A stretch of DNA of 33,274 bases. It comes from Candidatus Acidiferrum sp. (lineage in GTDB: Bacteria; Acidobacteriota; Terriglobia; Acidiferrales; UBA7541). The stretch covers positions 1-33,274 of the forward strand of contig DASSYL010000585.1 in assembly GCA_035703315.1 (NCBI GenBank), read 5' to 3'. Shown here piece by piece: positions 9,303 to 19,044 of this stretch (positions are counted from its first letter, which is position 1; each line of letters starts with the position of its first letter). Both the position numbers and the translations under genes were made by a program. A model generated the notes under the pieces. It saw only the letters and a list, made by a program, of their open reading frames with translations, searched no databases and was not told where the DNA came from.

Positions 9303-11063
9303 ATGATGCCGGAGCCGGAAGTCGATCTGAGCAAGACCTACGATGCGGTCGTAATTGGATCGGGCGCGGCTGGCGGCATGGCGGCGCACGTGCTGACCGG
9401 CAAGGGGCTGAAGGTGTTGCTGCTGGAAGCGGGCAAGAAGCTGCCCATTGAGCAGGAACTGCGCTCGATGGAATGGCCCTACGAAAATGCCAACCGCGGG
9501 TTTTTGCCGCCGGACTCCCATTCTCTGACCTTCAACGAATACACCATACGTAGACCACCATACGGCCCAGGATTTGAAAAATCGAAACACCTGCACAGTT
9601 ATATCGGCAGCGGCGACTACACGAAAAACATCGTGGTGGACGAGCGGGAAAATCCCTACACGGGAACGAATTACGCCTGGGTGCGGGCGCGCTGCCTGGG
9701 TGGTAAGACCAACATCTGGGGACGGCTTGCACTGCGCTTGTCGGATTACGACTTCAAGGCCAAGGACCATGACGGCTACGGCGAAAACTGGCCGATCAGT
9801 TACAGCGACATCGCGCCGTACTACGACAAGGTTGACCTGTATCTCGGCATCACCGGCGTAAAAGAAAATCTGGATTACCTGCCGGACAGCATCTTTCAGC
9901 GGCCCACTAAGTTGAATTGTGCGGAACTGACGCTCAAGCAAGGCATTCAGAAAATGGGCCGGGTGCTGACCCAGTATCGCGCCGGCGTAACCAGCGACGG
10001 ATTGACGCACAACAAGTATCGCACCCGCTGCTATGGACGCGGCGCCTGTTCACGAAAGGGCGGCTGCGACATTCACGCCGCATTCGACTCGCCTACGGGA
10101 TTGATCTATCCCGCGATGGACACGGGCAACCTGACGCTGCGTCCGAATTCCACGGTGCGCGAGGTGACGGTCGATCCCGCGACGGGCAAAGCCAGAGGCG
10201 TCCATTTCATCGATTCCCAGACGATGAAGGATTACCACGTAAAAGCCAGAGTCGTAATCGTGGCCGCGTCCACCTTGGAATCGGCGCGATTGCTGCTGCT
10301 CTCCAAGTCCCGCCAACATCCGAATGGACTGGCAAATTCGAGCGGGCACGTGGGTCACAATTTCTGCGAGCACGTGATGGGGCCGGGTATCACCGGCCGG
10401 GCCAAGGATCTGGTCGGCAAGCCGCCGACTCTGGATGACGGGAGGCCGGGCGGCTTCTATCTGACACGTTTCCGCAACTTGAAGGAGAAACACCCGAAGT
10501 TTATTCGCGGCTATGGATTTGAGGGTGGTAGCGGGAGCACGATGTTCCCCCGCGGGACGGACGCTCACGGATTCGGCGCCGCGTTCAAAGATGAGGTCCG
10601 GAAAAATCACGGGGCTTACGTTGAAATGGGCGGCTTCGGCGAAGTGCTGGCTCGATACGAAAATCACGTGGACCTGGACCCGGTGGTGAAAGACAAATGG
10701 GGCATTCCGGCATTGCGCTTTCATTACAAGTTTGGTGATAACGAGCGCAAGATGTGCGAGGACATGAAGGAAACGGCGAAGGAGATGTTCGAAGCCGCTG
10801 GGTTTGAAATCTCGCACGTAAGTGACCGCATATTGACGGAAGGCTGGTCGATTCACGAGCTCGGCACCGCCCGCATGGGCGACGATCCGAAGACGTCGGT
10901 GCTCAACCAGTTCGAACAATCACACGACGTGAAGAACCTGTTCGTCGTAGACGGCAGCGCCTTTGTGAACGCCAGTTGCCATAATCCGACCTGGACCATC
11001 ATGGCGCTGTGCTGGCGCTCCTGCGACTACCTGGTGGACGAGATGAAAAAGGGCAATTTGTAG
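9303..11063 (+). CDS. GMC flavoprotein oxidoreductase (glycoside 3-dehydrogenase large-subunit type)
   Basis: YDAVVIGSGAAGG FAD motif, RARCLGGKT, Cys cluster CYGRGACSRKGGC, HELGTARMG, NPT. Confidence 0.92.
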   Translation: MMPEPEVDLSKTYDAVVIGSGAAGGMAAHVLTGKGLKVLLLEAGKKLPIEQELRSMEWPYENANRGFLPPDSHSLTFNEYTIRRPPYGPGFEKSKHLHSYIGSGDYTKNIVVDERENPYTGTNYAWVRARCLGGKTNIWGRLALRLSDYDFKAKDHDGYGENWPISYSDIAPYYDKVDLYLGITGVKENLDYLPDSIFQRPTKLNCAELTLKQGIQKMGRVLTQYRAGVTSDGLTHNKYRTRCYGRGACSRKGGCDIHAAFDSPTGLIYPAMDTGNLTLRPNSTVREVTVDPATGKARGVHFIDSQTMKDYHVKARVVIVAASTLESARLLLLSKSRQHPNGLANSSGHVGHNFCEHVMGPGITGRAKDLVGKPPTLDDGRPGGFYLTRFRNLKEKHPKFIRGYGFEGGSGSTMFPRGTDAHGFGAAFKDEVRKNHGAYVEMGGFGEVLARYENHVDLDPVVKDKWGIPALRFHYKFGDNERKMCEDMKETAKEMFEAAGFEISHVSDRILTEGWSIHELGTARMGDDPKTSVLNQFEQSHDVKNLFVVDGSAFVNASCHNPTWTIMALCWRSCDYLVDEMKKGNL

Positions 11064-11071
11064 GAGGAGCC

Positions 11072-11692
11072 ATGTCGCTAAAAAATCCGATCGACTTCTT
11101 GCAAGACCGGCGGCAGTGGCTGAAAACTTCGGCGACCCTGCTAGGAGCGTCTGTGTTGCCGATGCCTGCCGAATCAACTGAGGCGGCGATGCAGCCTCAA
11201 TCCACGCCGAAGGCACCTCCTCGGCACGCACACGAAACACGATCACCTGCCCGATTTTTTACGCCGGACCAACACGCTCTAGTGGACGAACTGACCGAGA
11301 CCATCATTCCCGAGGATAGTCACTCAGGCGGAGCCAAAGCTGCCAGAGTCACGGACTTTATCGACAAAACTTTGCGCGAGACACAAGACGAAGATCAGAA
11401 GCGAACCTGGAAGGAAGGCTTGCCGCTGATTGACAGCATGAGCCGTCACTACAACGGCAAGTCTTTCCTAGACGCGTCGCCCGAAGAAAGGGTCGCGGTC
11501 CTGACTGTCCTATCCGAAAACGAGCGCATGACGGGCCTTCCAGAAGTGAAATTCTTCAAGGACCTGAAGCACCTCACGGTAATCGGCTACTACACGTCAA
11601 AAGTGGGCATTCACGATGATCTGCAGTACAAAGGCAACCGCGTCTTGCAGGAATACGTAGGCTGCGACGACCAAGCCTTGCCCAATACTTAG
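11072..11692 (+). CDS. Gluconate 2-dehydrogenase subunit 3 family protein (Tat-exported partner subunit)
   Basis: DRRQWLK twin-arginine motif; TIIPED..GAK.A.V.DFID; LTVIGYYTSKVG; AGGAGG SD. Confidence 0.88.
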   Translation: MSLKNPIDFLQDRRQWLKTSATLLGASVLPMPAESTEAAMQPQSTPKAPPRHAHETRSPARFFTPDQHALVDELTETIIPEDSHSGGAKAARVTDFIDKTLRETQDEDQKRTWKEGLPLIDSMSRHYNGKSFLDASPEERVAVLTVLSENERMTGLPEVKFFKDLKHLTVIGYYTSKVGIHDDLQYKGNRVLQEYVGCDDQALPNT

Positions 11693-11724
11693 TTAACAGT
11701 AAGTCCAGCTTAATCGGAGCAATC

Positions 11725-12846
11725 ATGGCAGACGGACCAGTGAAAGTCGGGATGATCGGTTCGCAATTCCAGGCGGACATCCAAGTTGTCTCGTTTCAGA
11801 GCGCGCCGTATGAGGCCGAGGTGGTCGCGGTCGCTTCGCCGACTCCGGGCAATGCCGCCGAGTTCGCGAAAAAATTCAACATTCCGCGTGTCTTCACCGA
11901 CTATCGCGAAATGCTGAAAGAGCGCGACATCGAAATGGTCTGCATTTGCGCGCCCAACGCCCTGCACGCGCAAATGACCAAAGACATCGCGGCGGCCGGG
12001 AAGCACATCGTTTGCGAAAAGCCGCTAGCCATGACCATCGCCGAAGGCGAAGAGATGATCGCCGCTGCGAAGAAGCATGGCGTATTGCTGATGTATGGCG
12101 AAGAACTTTTCTTCACGCCGAAATATTTAAAGGCGAAAGAAATGGCCGACGCCGGAGCTTTCGGCAAGATTCACCTGGTCAAGCAGAGCGAAAAGCATTT
12201 TGGCCCGCACAGCCCCTGGTTCTGGGACGTCAATCGTTCCGGCGGTGGCGCGCTGATGGACCTGGGTTGCCACGGCATCGCGTTTTGCTACTGGTTTCTA
12301 GGGCGCTCGCCGATTAAGTCGGTCTACTGTCAGATGGGCACGTACGTCCACGGCCACAAAACGAAAGCCGAGGATGAATCACTGTGTATCCTCGAGTTTG
12401 AAAATGGCGCGATGGGCATGGTGGAGAACAGCTGGGCCCGGCGCGGCGGCATGGACGATCGCATCGAAGTGTTCGGCTCTGAAGGGGTGACCTACGCCAA
12501 TCTACACATGGGTAACGCGCTGCCGACCTACAGTGAAAGCGGCTACGGTTACGCAGTGGAGAAAGCGCCTACCACGAAAGGCTGGACCTACCCGGTCTTC
12601 GAAGAACTGTGGAACTACGGCACGCCACAAGAGCTGATTCACTTCGCGCGATGCGCGCGCGGCAAAGAGACCCCAAAAGCCACTGGCGAAGACGGCCTCG
12701 TTGTGATGCATGCGTTATACGCAGGCTACGCGTCCGCCGGCGAAGGCCGCAAAATCGCACTTCCCTATCAGGCCCCCGCGGGCACCAAGAAGCCAATTGA
12801 TTTGTGGCTGAACGGTAGCGCACGCAAACAAGCGGCGCAACGCTAG
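11725..12846 (+). CDS. Gfo/Idh/MocA family NAD(P)-dependent oxidoreductase
   Basis: VGMIGS, PNALH, GKHIVCEKPLA, GGGALMDLGCH. Confidence 0.93.
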   Translation: MADGPVKVGMIGSQFQADIQVVSFQSAPYEAEVVAVASPTPGNAAEFAKKFNIPRVFTDYREMLKERDIEMVCICAPNALHAQMTKDIAAAGKHIVCEKPLAMTIAEGEEMIAAAKKHGVLLMYGEELFFTPKYLKAKEMADAGAFGKIHLVKQSEKHFGPHSPWFWDVNRSGGGALMDLGCHGIAFCYWFLGRSPIKSVYCQMGTYVHGHKTKAEDESLCILEFENGAMGMVENSWARRGGMDDRIEVFGSEGVTYANLHMGNALPTYSESGYGYAVEKAPTTKGWTYPVFEELWNYGTPQELIHFARCARGKETPKATGEDGLVVMHALYAGYASAGEGRKIALPYQAPAGTKKPIDLWLNGSARKQAAQR

Positions 12847-12933
12847 GACATTTTCCGCAAGGACGATTTGCATGTAGAGTAGCTGGGCAAAGACTGTCCA
12901 TTCCTTTTCGATTTTCTTTGGGGAGGTTCTTCC

Positions 12934-14193
12934 GTGCAGCTGCAAATGAGACTTCGTCTCTCCGTGATGATGTTCCTCGAATACTTCATCTGGGGTGCGT
13001 GGTACGTGACGCTCGGCACTTGGCTCGGCCAGACACTGCACCTCTCCGGCGATCAGATCGGCATCATCAGCGGTACCACCACCATCGGCGCGATTGTCTC
13101 GCCATTTCTCGTAGGTCTGATGGCCGATGAACTCTTTGCCAATCAGCATCTGCTCGCAGCCTTGCATGGCGTCGGCGGTGTCCTTCTTTGGTTCGCCTCT
13201 TCACAAACGCATTTCGCTCCAATGTACGCCATCCTAATGATCTATTCGCTGCTGTACATGCCAACGATGGCGCTCACCAACGCGCTGGCCTTCCGCCAGA
13301 TGAAAGATCCCAGCCAGGACTTCGGCGGAATTCGCGTCCTCGGCACCGCCGGGTGGATCGTCGCAGGGCTAACTATCAGCGCGATCAGCCGCATGGTTCC
13401 CTCGGTGGAGGCTACTGCGATCCCGATCCGCATGGCGGCGATCGGTTCCATCCTGTTTGGTCTGTACGCCCTGACTCTGCCGCACACGCCGCCGCTGCGC
13501 ACCGCTCACGGCTTTAAGATCAGCAACATCTTCCCGCCCGATGTCTTCGGTTTGTTCAAAGGCCGCAACTTCGCAATTTTCGCCGTCGCATCCTTCCTGA
13601 TCTGCATTCCGCTCCAGTTCTACTATGCGTTCACCAATCTTTTCTTGAACGAGATTGGTGTGCGGTATGTGGCCGCCAAAATGAGCATGGGTCAAATGTC
13701 GGAGCTCCTTTTCATGGTCACTCTGCCATTCTTCTTCAAACGCCTAGGCATTAAGCGCACGCTAATGCTGGGCATGCTGGCCTGGGTCTTGCGTTACGTG
13801 ATGTTTGGCTACGGTAACGCCGGCGCACTCTCGTGGATGCTCTATATCGGAATCATCCTCCACGGTATCTGCTATGACTTCTTCTTCGTCATGGGCCAGG
13901 TTTACGTGGATCAGAAGGCGCCATCAGCCTTGCGCTCCGCCGCCCAAGGCCTCATGACCTTTCTGACCTACGGGATCGGCATGTTCGTTGGTTCGCTGTT
14001 TTGCGGCCGTATTGTGGAGATGTATAAGACCGCAGGACCCGACGGCTCCGCCGGCCATGACTGGCGCTCGATCTGGATGGTGCCGGCGGCTGCGGCGGCG
14101 GTCGTGCTAGTGTTTTTTGCGCTGGGATTCCGCAATAAGGAAACGGACAGCCAGCCGGCCGCGGTTGCCGAAACGAGTGGCGCGAAAGCCTGA
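12934..14193 (+). CDS. MFS nucleoside:H+ symporter family (NupG/XapB-like) permease
   Basis: RLSVMMFLEYFIWGAW, IRVLGTAGWI, LPHTPP, GQMSE, LHGICYDFFFV; about 12 TM segments. Confidence 0.92.
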   Translation: MQLQMRLRLSVMMFLEYFIWGAWYVTLGTWLGQTLHLSGDQIGIISGTTTIGAIVSPFLVGLMADELFANQHLLAALHGVGGVLLWFASSQTHFAPMYAILMIYSLLYMPTMALTNALAFRQMKDPSQDFGGIRVLGTAGWIVAGLTISAISRMVPSVEATAIPIRMAAIGSILFGLYALTLPHTPPLRTAHGFKISNIFPPDVFGLFKGRNFAIFAVASFLICIPLQFYYAFTNLFLNEIGVRYVAAKMSMGQMSELLFMVTLPFFFKRLGIKRTLMLGMLAWVLRYVMFGYGNAGALSWMLYIGIILHGICYDFFFVMGQVYVDQKAPSALRSAAQGLMTFLTYGIGMFVGSLFCGRIVEMYKTAGPDGSAGHDWRSIWMVPAAAAAVVLVFFALGFRNKETDSQPAAVAETSGAKA

Positions 14194-14230
14194 TCAACGT
14201 TCCATTTGCGCATGCGCTTTAAGGATCGCG

Positions 14231-14893
14231 TTAGTCTTGAAAACGCGCGAGGGCCGCAGGTAGTTCGTCAATCGAATCAAGCAAAAGGTCCGGCTTGGCC
14301 GCGCGCAGGCGTTTTTCGGTAGGAAAAGGTCCGAGCACCGCAATCGCGGCTCGCACACCAGCGCGGCGCGCCATCTCCAAGTCTTCCGGCGAATCGCCGA
14401 CGTAAACCGTCTCCGCCGGACGCATTTCCATGTGACGCAAAGCCAACCGCAACGGCGCGGGATGCGGCTTGCGTAGTCGCGTGTCTCCGCTGCAAACGCG
14501 AGCCACGAAATGTTCCCAGAGTCGAAAATCGCGAAGCTGGCGATGCACTCGCCCTCGATCACCGCTGGTCACAAGACCAAGAGCGTGTCGGCGCGATAGA
14601 TGCGCAAGCACTCGCCGCGCTCCCGGCAGCAGCTTCGGAGCCTGTTTCGCGTAGTTCAACCGCCACAGCTTGTCGGCGACATCCCACTTCGTGCGCGGAA
14701 TTTTCGCTGCGCGATAAACGCGATACCAATTCGGCGAATAATTCGCTTCCAGCTCCGCCAGACCCCAGGGAATTTCGAGCGCGCGGAACATAGCCAGGTA
14801 CGCAGCGCTATCGGCGGCGTAGGAATTCAGCAGCGTACCGTCCCAATCGAAGAGCACGCCGCGAAGTGCCGGTGAACGATCTTGAGATTTCAT
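14231..14893 (-). CDS. HAD-superfamily phosphatase (Gph-like)
   Basis: FDWDGTL, VTS, KPHP, YVGDSPED motifs. Confidence 0.92.
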   Translation of the reverse strand: MKSQDRSPALRGVLFDWDGTLLNSYAADSAAYLAMFRALEIPWGLAELEANYSPNWYRVYRAAKIPRTKWDVADKLWRLNYAKQAPKLLPGARRVLAHLSRRHALGLVTSGDRGRVHRQLRDFRLWEHFVARVCSGDTRLRKPHPAPLRLALRHMEMRPAETVYVGDSPEDLEMARRAGVRAAIAVLGPFPTEKRLRAAKPDLLLDSIDELPAALARFQD

Positions 14894-14909
14894 CGAAGGA
14901 GCCTACACT
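14882..14909 (+). promoter_or_regulatory. sigma70-like promoter driving a candidate sRNA
   Basis: TTGAGA (14882-14887)-N16-TACACT (14904-14909); predicted +1 near 14916, at the base of an 11-bp closing stem. Confidence 0.55.
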
Positions 14910-14915
14910 CATTTT

Positions 14916-15060
14916 ACGGGAGTTGCCGCACTCGGGCGAGCAGCGCGATTTCGATACGAATCCGCGTATATCGAGGACATTCAAGGCGTCAGTTCACGCG
15001 CCAGGGGGATCGTTCGTTCCAATGACGAACCGTTTCCGCGGCCCACTCCGGCGACTTCTC
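14916..15060 (+). ncRNA. Candidate structured small RNA of unknown family
   Basis: Closing stem 14918-14928/15049-15059; internal hairpins 14949-14976, 14985-15002 and 15005-15037; G-U pairs all favour the + strand. Confidence 0.55.
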
Positions 15061-15125
15061 CTCATGACATGAACTGCGGATTGGGAATCTGGTACTTCAC
15101 GGCGCCCATACACTTTCACTGTAGC

Positions 15126-15163
15126 AAAAACGAAAGGGGCGCCGAAGTGCCCCTCTTGCGTTT
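15126..15163 (-). terminator. Rho-independent terminator of the TonB-dependent receptor, possibly bidirectional
   Basis: Minus strand AGAGGGGCAC-TTCG-GCGCCCCTTT followed by CGTTTTT, 17 nt after the stop codon. Confidence 0.85.
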
Positions 15164-15179
15164 CCGATTGATTCGCTTC

Positions 15180-18100
15180 TTAGAACTCGAAGCGAAGCGA
15201 GAGTTGTGCCTGTCGCGGATCACCGACGCCAACACGCAGGAAGCCGTTGAAGTCGAAGAGCGCTGGCGTGGACAGCGGGTTGATGTTGTTCTTGTTGTTG
15301 AACGCATTGAAGACTTCGACCTTGGGGATGATCGCGTAGCGTTCGCCGAAGCGGAACGGACGCGCAATGCCGAAATCAAACGTAAAGTACGCGTTGTCCT
15401 TGCGCAGCGAATTGCGGCCCGTGTCCACGCCGCCTTGGAAACGCGGCTCGGCGGTAATTGGTTGGGCCGAGTGCGCTTGCATACGGATGTTCAGGTCGAA
15501 GTGCGCCGGCAGATTGGCAACGGTATAGAAATTGAAGCGGTGCCGTTCGTCGCGATCCGAGTAGGAGTATTCCGAGGCCAAATTAAACAAGTTGGCATAA
15601 CGAAAAGTGAAGGGATCGCGTTCGTTGGAATCGTCGTCGTAGTCCTTCGAGTAGGTGTAGTTTGCGTCGAAGAGAAAACGATGGCTCATGCGCTTGCGGG
15701 CGCCGATGGTGAAGCCGCGGTAGAGCGACTTGGCAGAACTGACCGTGTCGGTGATCGCTCCAAGGTTCGGGAACGGCACCGCGACACCCGAACCGAATAC
15801 GGCGCTGGGATAGGTAACAGTGTCGCCGCTGTTCGGCACGCAAACGCCTGGACTAACGTTGGTTCCGCCGACAGTAGAGCAGTCAAAGCTGGGATCCACG
15901 CCGACGTTCGGATTGATGAAGCGCGTCAGATGCACGCCTTTGTTCCAGGTAAAGTCGGCGTAGACCGCATAGTCACCAATTAACTGTTGTTCGTAGCCGA
16001 CGTTGAAACTGTAGATGCGCGGGTTGGCATAGTCCTTGCTGAAAACGGTAATGTCCACCCCTGTGGGAATGGTGCCGGCCGGCGGCGGATTGTCGATTGG
16101 TGCAGCGTTGGTGCCAAATGCTGGTGGAGTTCCAAAGGTGGAACCGGCCGCAAACGATTGCTGCTGAACACCGTTTGTCGTGATGGCCCCGACCTGGGTC
16201 AGCATGTTTTGCCGCGCGTTATAAATGCCGGTGTTGGCGCGAAACGAGGACTTGCCATTGCCGAAGATGTCCCACGCAAAGCCAAGACGGGGCTGGAACA
16301 TTTTGTTCTGGTTATGAATGGTGCCGTCTGAGGGAAAATTCGGGTCGCTCAGGTTTGGTCCATACGCCGTCTGCGACGGTGGAATGACCGGATCCGGGAA
16401 TTGCTGCGCTTCCCAGCGGAGACCGTAGTTCAGCGTGAAGTTCTTGGCGATCTTCCAGGTGTCCTGCGCGAACAATGCGAACTCTTCGTTGGTGATGGAG
16501 GAAAATCCCGATTGGTCAAAAGTTTCTCCCTGCGTCGCGGGGCCGTGTTGCAGGAACAGAAGGAGCGGCCCTCCGACGGAACTTCCCGCCGCGCACGTCT
16601 CCCCAAGATCCTGAGTCACCCAACCGGTGAACGCACCGGCTTTGGTCAAGCATTCGCCGACACTAGGTCCAAATCCGCCAGGAGCTTCCGGCGATGCATA
16701 GTGCATGAATCCAATTGGGCTGTCGAAGATGTAACGGCCGGCAAAGAAGCCGCGGAAAATTTGCGTGTTCTTGGTGTGCAGCCATTCGCCGCCGACCTTG
16801 AACGTGTGTTTGCCGTGCACGATGGAAAAGTTATCGCGGATCTGCGTTCGCCACAGGAGCTCGTCCACGTTGGGGTTCAGGAAGAAGGGCTGGCCAAAAC
16901 GGAACGTCGGGCCAAAGCCCATGGCGGTGTCCGGAATGGACGTCGGATCAATGGTGTTGCGCGGACGATTCTCGCGTGAATACGTGAAGTGCGCCTCGTT
17001 CACCTTGTTACTGGAAATGGTGCTGAACCAGCTGGTGTTGAACACTTGAATCTTGCTTGGTCCTTCGATTCCGTTCGCGGTCGTGCCATAAGTCGGAACG
17101 TCGAAAGTCTGGTTGGGATTCTTGGACCAGTCAAAGCTGTAAGAACCGAAAAGCTGGTTTTTGGAATTAAAGTTGTAATCCACACGGCCAAACGCCGAAC
17201 CGTTGCGGATCGAATGATCGACGGGTTTTCCATCGTCTTCGCCAAAATTGGACTGCAGGAAATTCAGCACGCCCACGCGCTGGCAATCAGGGCTGGACAT
17301 AATGAGCGCATCCGCGCCCGAGCTACCGTCAAACACCGGGCTGCTGGCGCAGGGAGTCCCGAGCGGAACGCTCAAGTTCTTGCGGCTCAAGTCCTCGCGA
17401 ATACCTTCCGCCGCGCCAAAGAAGAACAGCTTGTCCTTGATAATCGGGCCGCCGACCCCTCCTCCGAACTGCTCACGATGAAAACCTTCGAGGGGCTCGC
17501 CGTCCGACGTCGCCGAGGTAAGTGCCTTCAGGCGCTGATATTCGAACAGACTACCGTGCAGATTGTTGGTGCCGGATTTGGTGATGACGTTCACCACACC
17601 GCCGCCGGTGCGGCCGTATTCGGCATTGGCGCCACTCGCCACGACCTGGAACTCCTTCACCGCTTCCAGCGAGATGTCCACGGCGGCTCGCTGCCCGCCC
17701 ATCTGTTCACCGAAAAAGCCGTTGTTGTAATCGCCGCCGTCCAGGCTGATGTTGTTGAAAATGCCGCGCTGGCCGTTGATGTTGATTTCGTCGCCGTCCG
17801 GCCCCTGTGAAATGCTGACGCCGGGCGTGAGCGTAAGCAGGTCCTCAAACTTGCGGCCGAGCACCGGCGTCTGCTGAATCGCCGCTTCCGATAGCGTCGA
17901 AGACGATTCGGTCTTGGTGGCTTCGATGACCGGCACGTCGGAAACCACGATTTGCGTGGCGACAGACGACACTTTCACCGTAACCGGAATCGTAAGCACC
18001 TGCCCAACGGTCAAATTCACGTTTTCCTGAAGGATGGTGGTAAATCCGGTCTTGGTGACCGTAATCGTATAGCGTCCCGGCGCGAGATTTAGAAACTGGA

Positions 18101-18308
18101 AATGGCCGTCGGCGTTGGTGGTTTCGGTACGGCTGAAGTTGGTGTCCAGATTCTTGATTTCCACCGATGCCTCGGCGACACTGCCCCCCTTCTCGTCGAG
18201 TACATCGCCCCGCACGCTGCCCGTGGTGAATTGCGCTTGCCCCCAAGCAGTTACCGCAAAAAGGAAGTACAGCGCCACCGAAATGGCGCCAGTCATAATT
18301 TTCTTCAC
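15180..18308 (-). CDS. TonB-dependent receptor, Oar-like, with N-terminal carboxypeptidase-regulatory-like domain
   Basis: Signal peptide; GSVRGDVLDEKG, plug motifs EAVKEFQV and AEYGRTGGGVVNVITKSGTN, LNYGLRWE, C-terminal RQAQLSLRFEF; GTG start at 18308 with a G-rich SD. Confidence 0.93.
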   Translation of the reverse strand: MKKIMTGAISVALYFLFAVTAWGQAQFTTGSVRGDVLDEKGGSVAEASVEIKNLDTNFSRTETTNADGHFQFLNLAPGRYTITVTKTGFTTILQENVNLTVGQVLTIPVTVKVSSVATQIVVSDVPVIEATKTESSSTLSEAAIQQTPVLGRKFEDLLTLTPGVSISQGPDGDEININGQRGIFNNISLDGGDYNNGFFGEQMGGQRAAVDISLEAVKEFQVVASGANAEYGRTGGGVVNVITKSGTNNLHGSLFEYQRLKALTSATSDGEPLEGFHREQFGGGVGGPIIKDKLFFFGAAEGIREDLSRKNLSVPLGTPCASSPVFDGSSGADALIMSSPDCQRVGVLNFLQSNFGEDDGKPVDHSIRNGSAFGRVDYNFNSKNQLFGSYSFDWSKNPNQTFDVPTYGTTANGIEGPSKIQVFNTSWFSTISSNKVNEAHFTYSRENRPRNTIDPTSIPDTAMGFGPTFRFGQPFFLNPNVDELLWRTQIRDNFSIVHGKHTFKVGGEWLHTKNTQIFRGFFAGRYIFDSPIGFMHYASPEAPGGFGPSVGECLTKAGAFTGWVTQDLGETCAAGSSVGGPLLLFLQHGPATQGETFDQSGFSSITNEEFALFAQDTWKIAKNFTLNYGLRWEAQQFPDPVIPPSQTAYGPNLSDPNFPSDGTIHNQNKMFQPRLGFAWDIFGNGKSSFRANTGIYNARQNMLTQVGAITTNGVQQQSFAAGSTFGTPPAFGTNAAPIDNPPPAGTIPTGVDITVFSKDYANPRIYSFNVGYEQQLIGDYAVYADFTWNKGVHLTRFINPNVGVDPSFDCSTVGGTNVSPGVCVPNSGDTVTYPSAVFGSGVAVPFPNLGAITDTVSSAKSLYRGFTIGARKRMSHRFLFDANYTYSKDYDDDSNERDPFTFRYANLFNLASEYSYSDRDERHRFNFYTVANLPAHFDLNIRMQAHSAQPITAEPRFQGGVDTGRNSLRKDNAYFTFDFGIARPFRFGERYAIIPKVEVFNAFNNKNNINPLSTPALFDFNGFLRVGVGDPRQAQLSLRFEF

Positions 18309-18492
18309 AATTCCCCCGTCACTACCCCGTTCCGCAGGAGTGGAAACTCCAGAGGTTGGAGAAACCAGCGGAATCCGTGACAACGAGTTTACTGGGTAGG
18401 AAGAAAGTAACGCAAGCGTGAAGCTGTGGAAAGTCGCAACTTGAGCTTTTGCTCAATCCAACGCAAATTTTGCGGTTGCGTTTGGCGCGGAA

Positions 18493-19044
18493 TCAAACGG
18501 CGAAGTAGCGAGTCGGAATGTTGTCGTCGCGATCGAATTCCAGATCTTCAAATGACGCAGCGATACCAAACCAGCCCGGCATGGCCGCGGGCTCCGTTCG
18601 CGCCACTCGGGCTTTGCTCACAATTACCACATTGCCGCGGCCCAGCGGACGGCTTACCAGCACCACTTCCAGCTCGATGGCGGTCTGCGACGCAAGATTT
18701 CTCGGACAAAGAAAAAAGACGCCGGAAGAGCTAATGTCGCGCGTGACCAGAGTGATTGGAAAATCTTCCGGGCGGCCATCAACGCTGCGCAGCCGTAAGG
18801 GAAGCCGCAGGCTGGCACGTGGGTATTCGCGCTGCTCCGGAAAAACGCCCACCGCGTGCGTAGGCACGCGCGCGAAACGTCGCACCGGATTTACCGGCCG
18901 CAGCGGCATCACGCGCAACGAAGGTACGCGAGGCGCCCCGATGGCGGGGGTGCCCGCAATCGCCGGAAGCGCCTGCGGGCCGAGCGAAACGGGCCGGACT
19001 GGGTATTCTTCTTCTTTTCTGACAGCTTGACTGGATGCGTTCAT
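18493..19044 (-). CDS. PilZ-domain protein
   Basis: EQREYPR (RxxxR) and RDISSSG (DxSxxG) c-di-GMP-binding motifs; Pro-rich N-terminus. Confidence 0.85.
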   Translation of the reverse strand: MNASSQAVRKEEEYPVRPVSLGPQALPAIAGTPAIGAPRVPSLRVMPLRPVNPVRRFARVPTHAVGVFPEQREYPRASLRLPLRLRSVDGRPEDFPITLVTRDISSSGVFFLCPRNLASQTAIELEVVLVSRPLGRGNVVIVSKARVARTEPAAMPGWFGIAASFEDLEFDRDDNIPTRYFAV

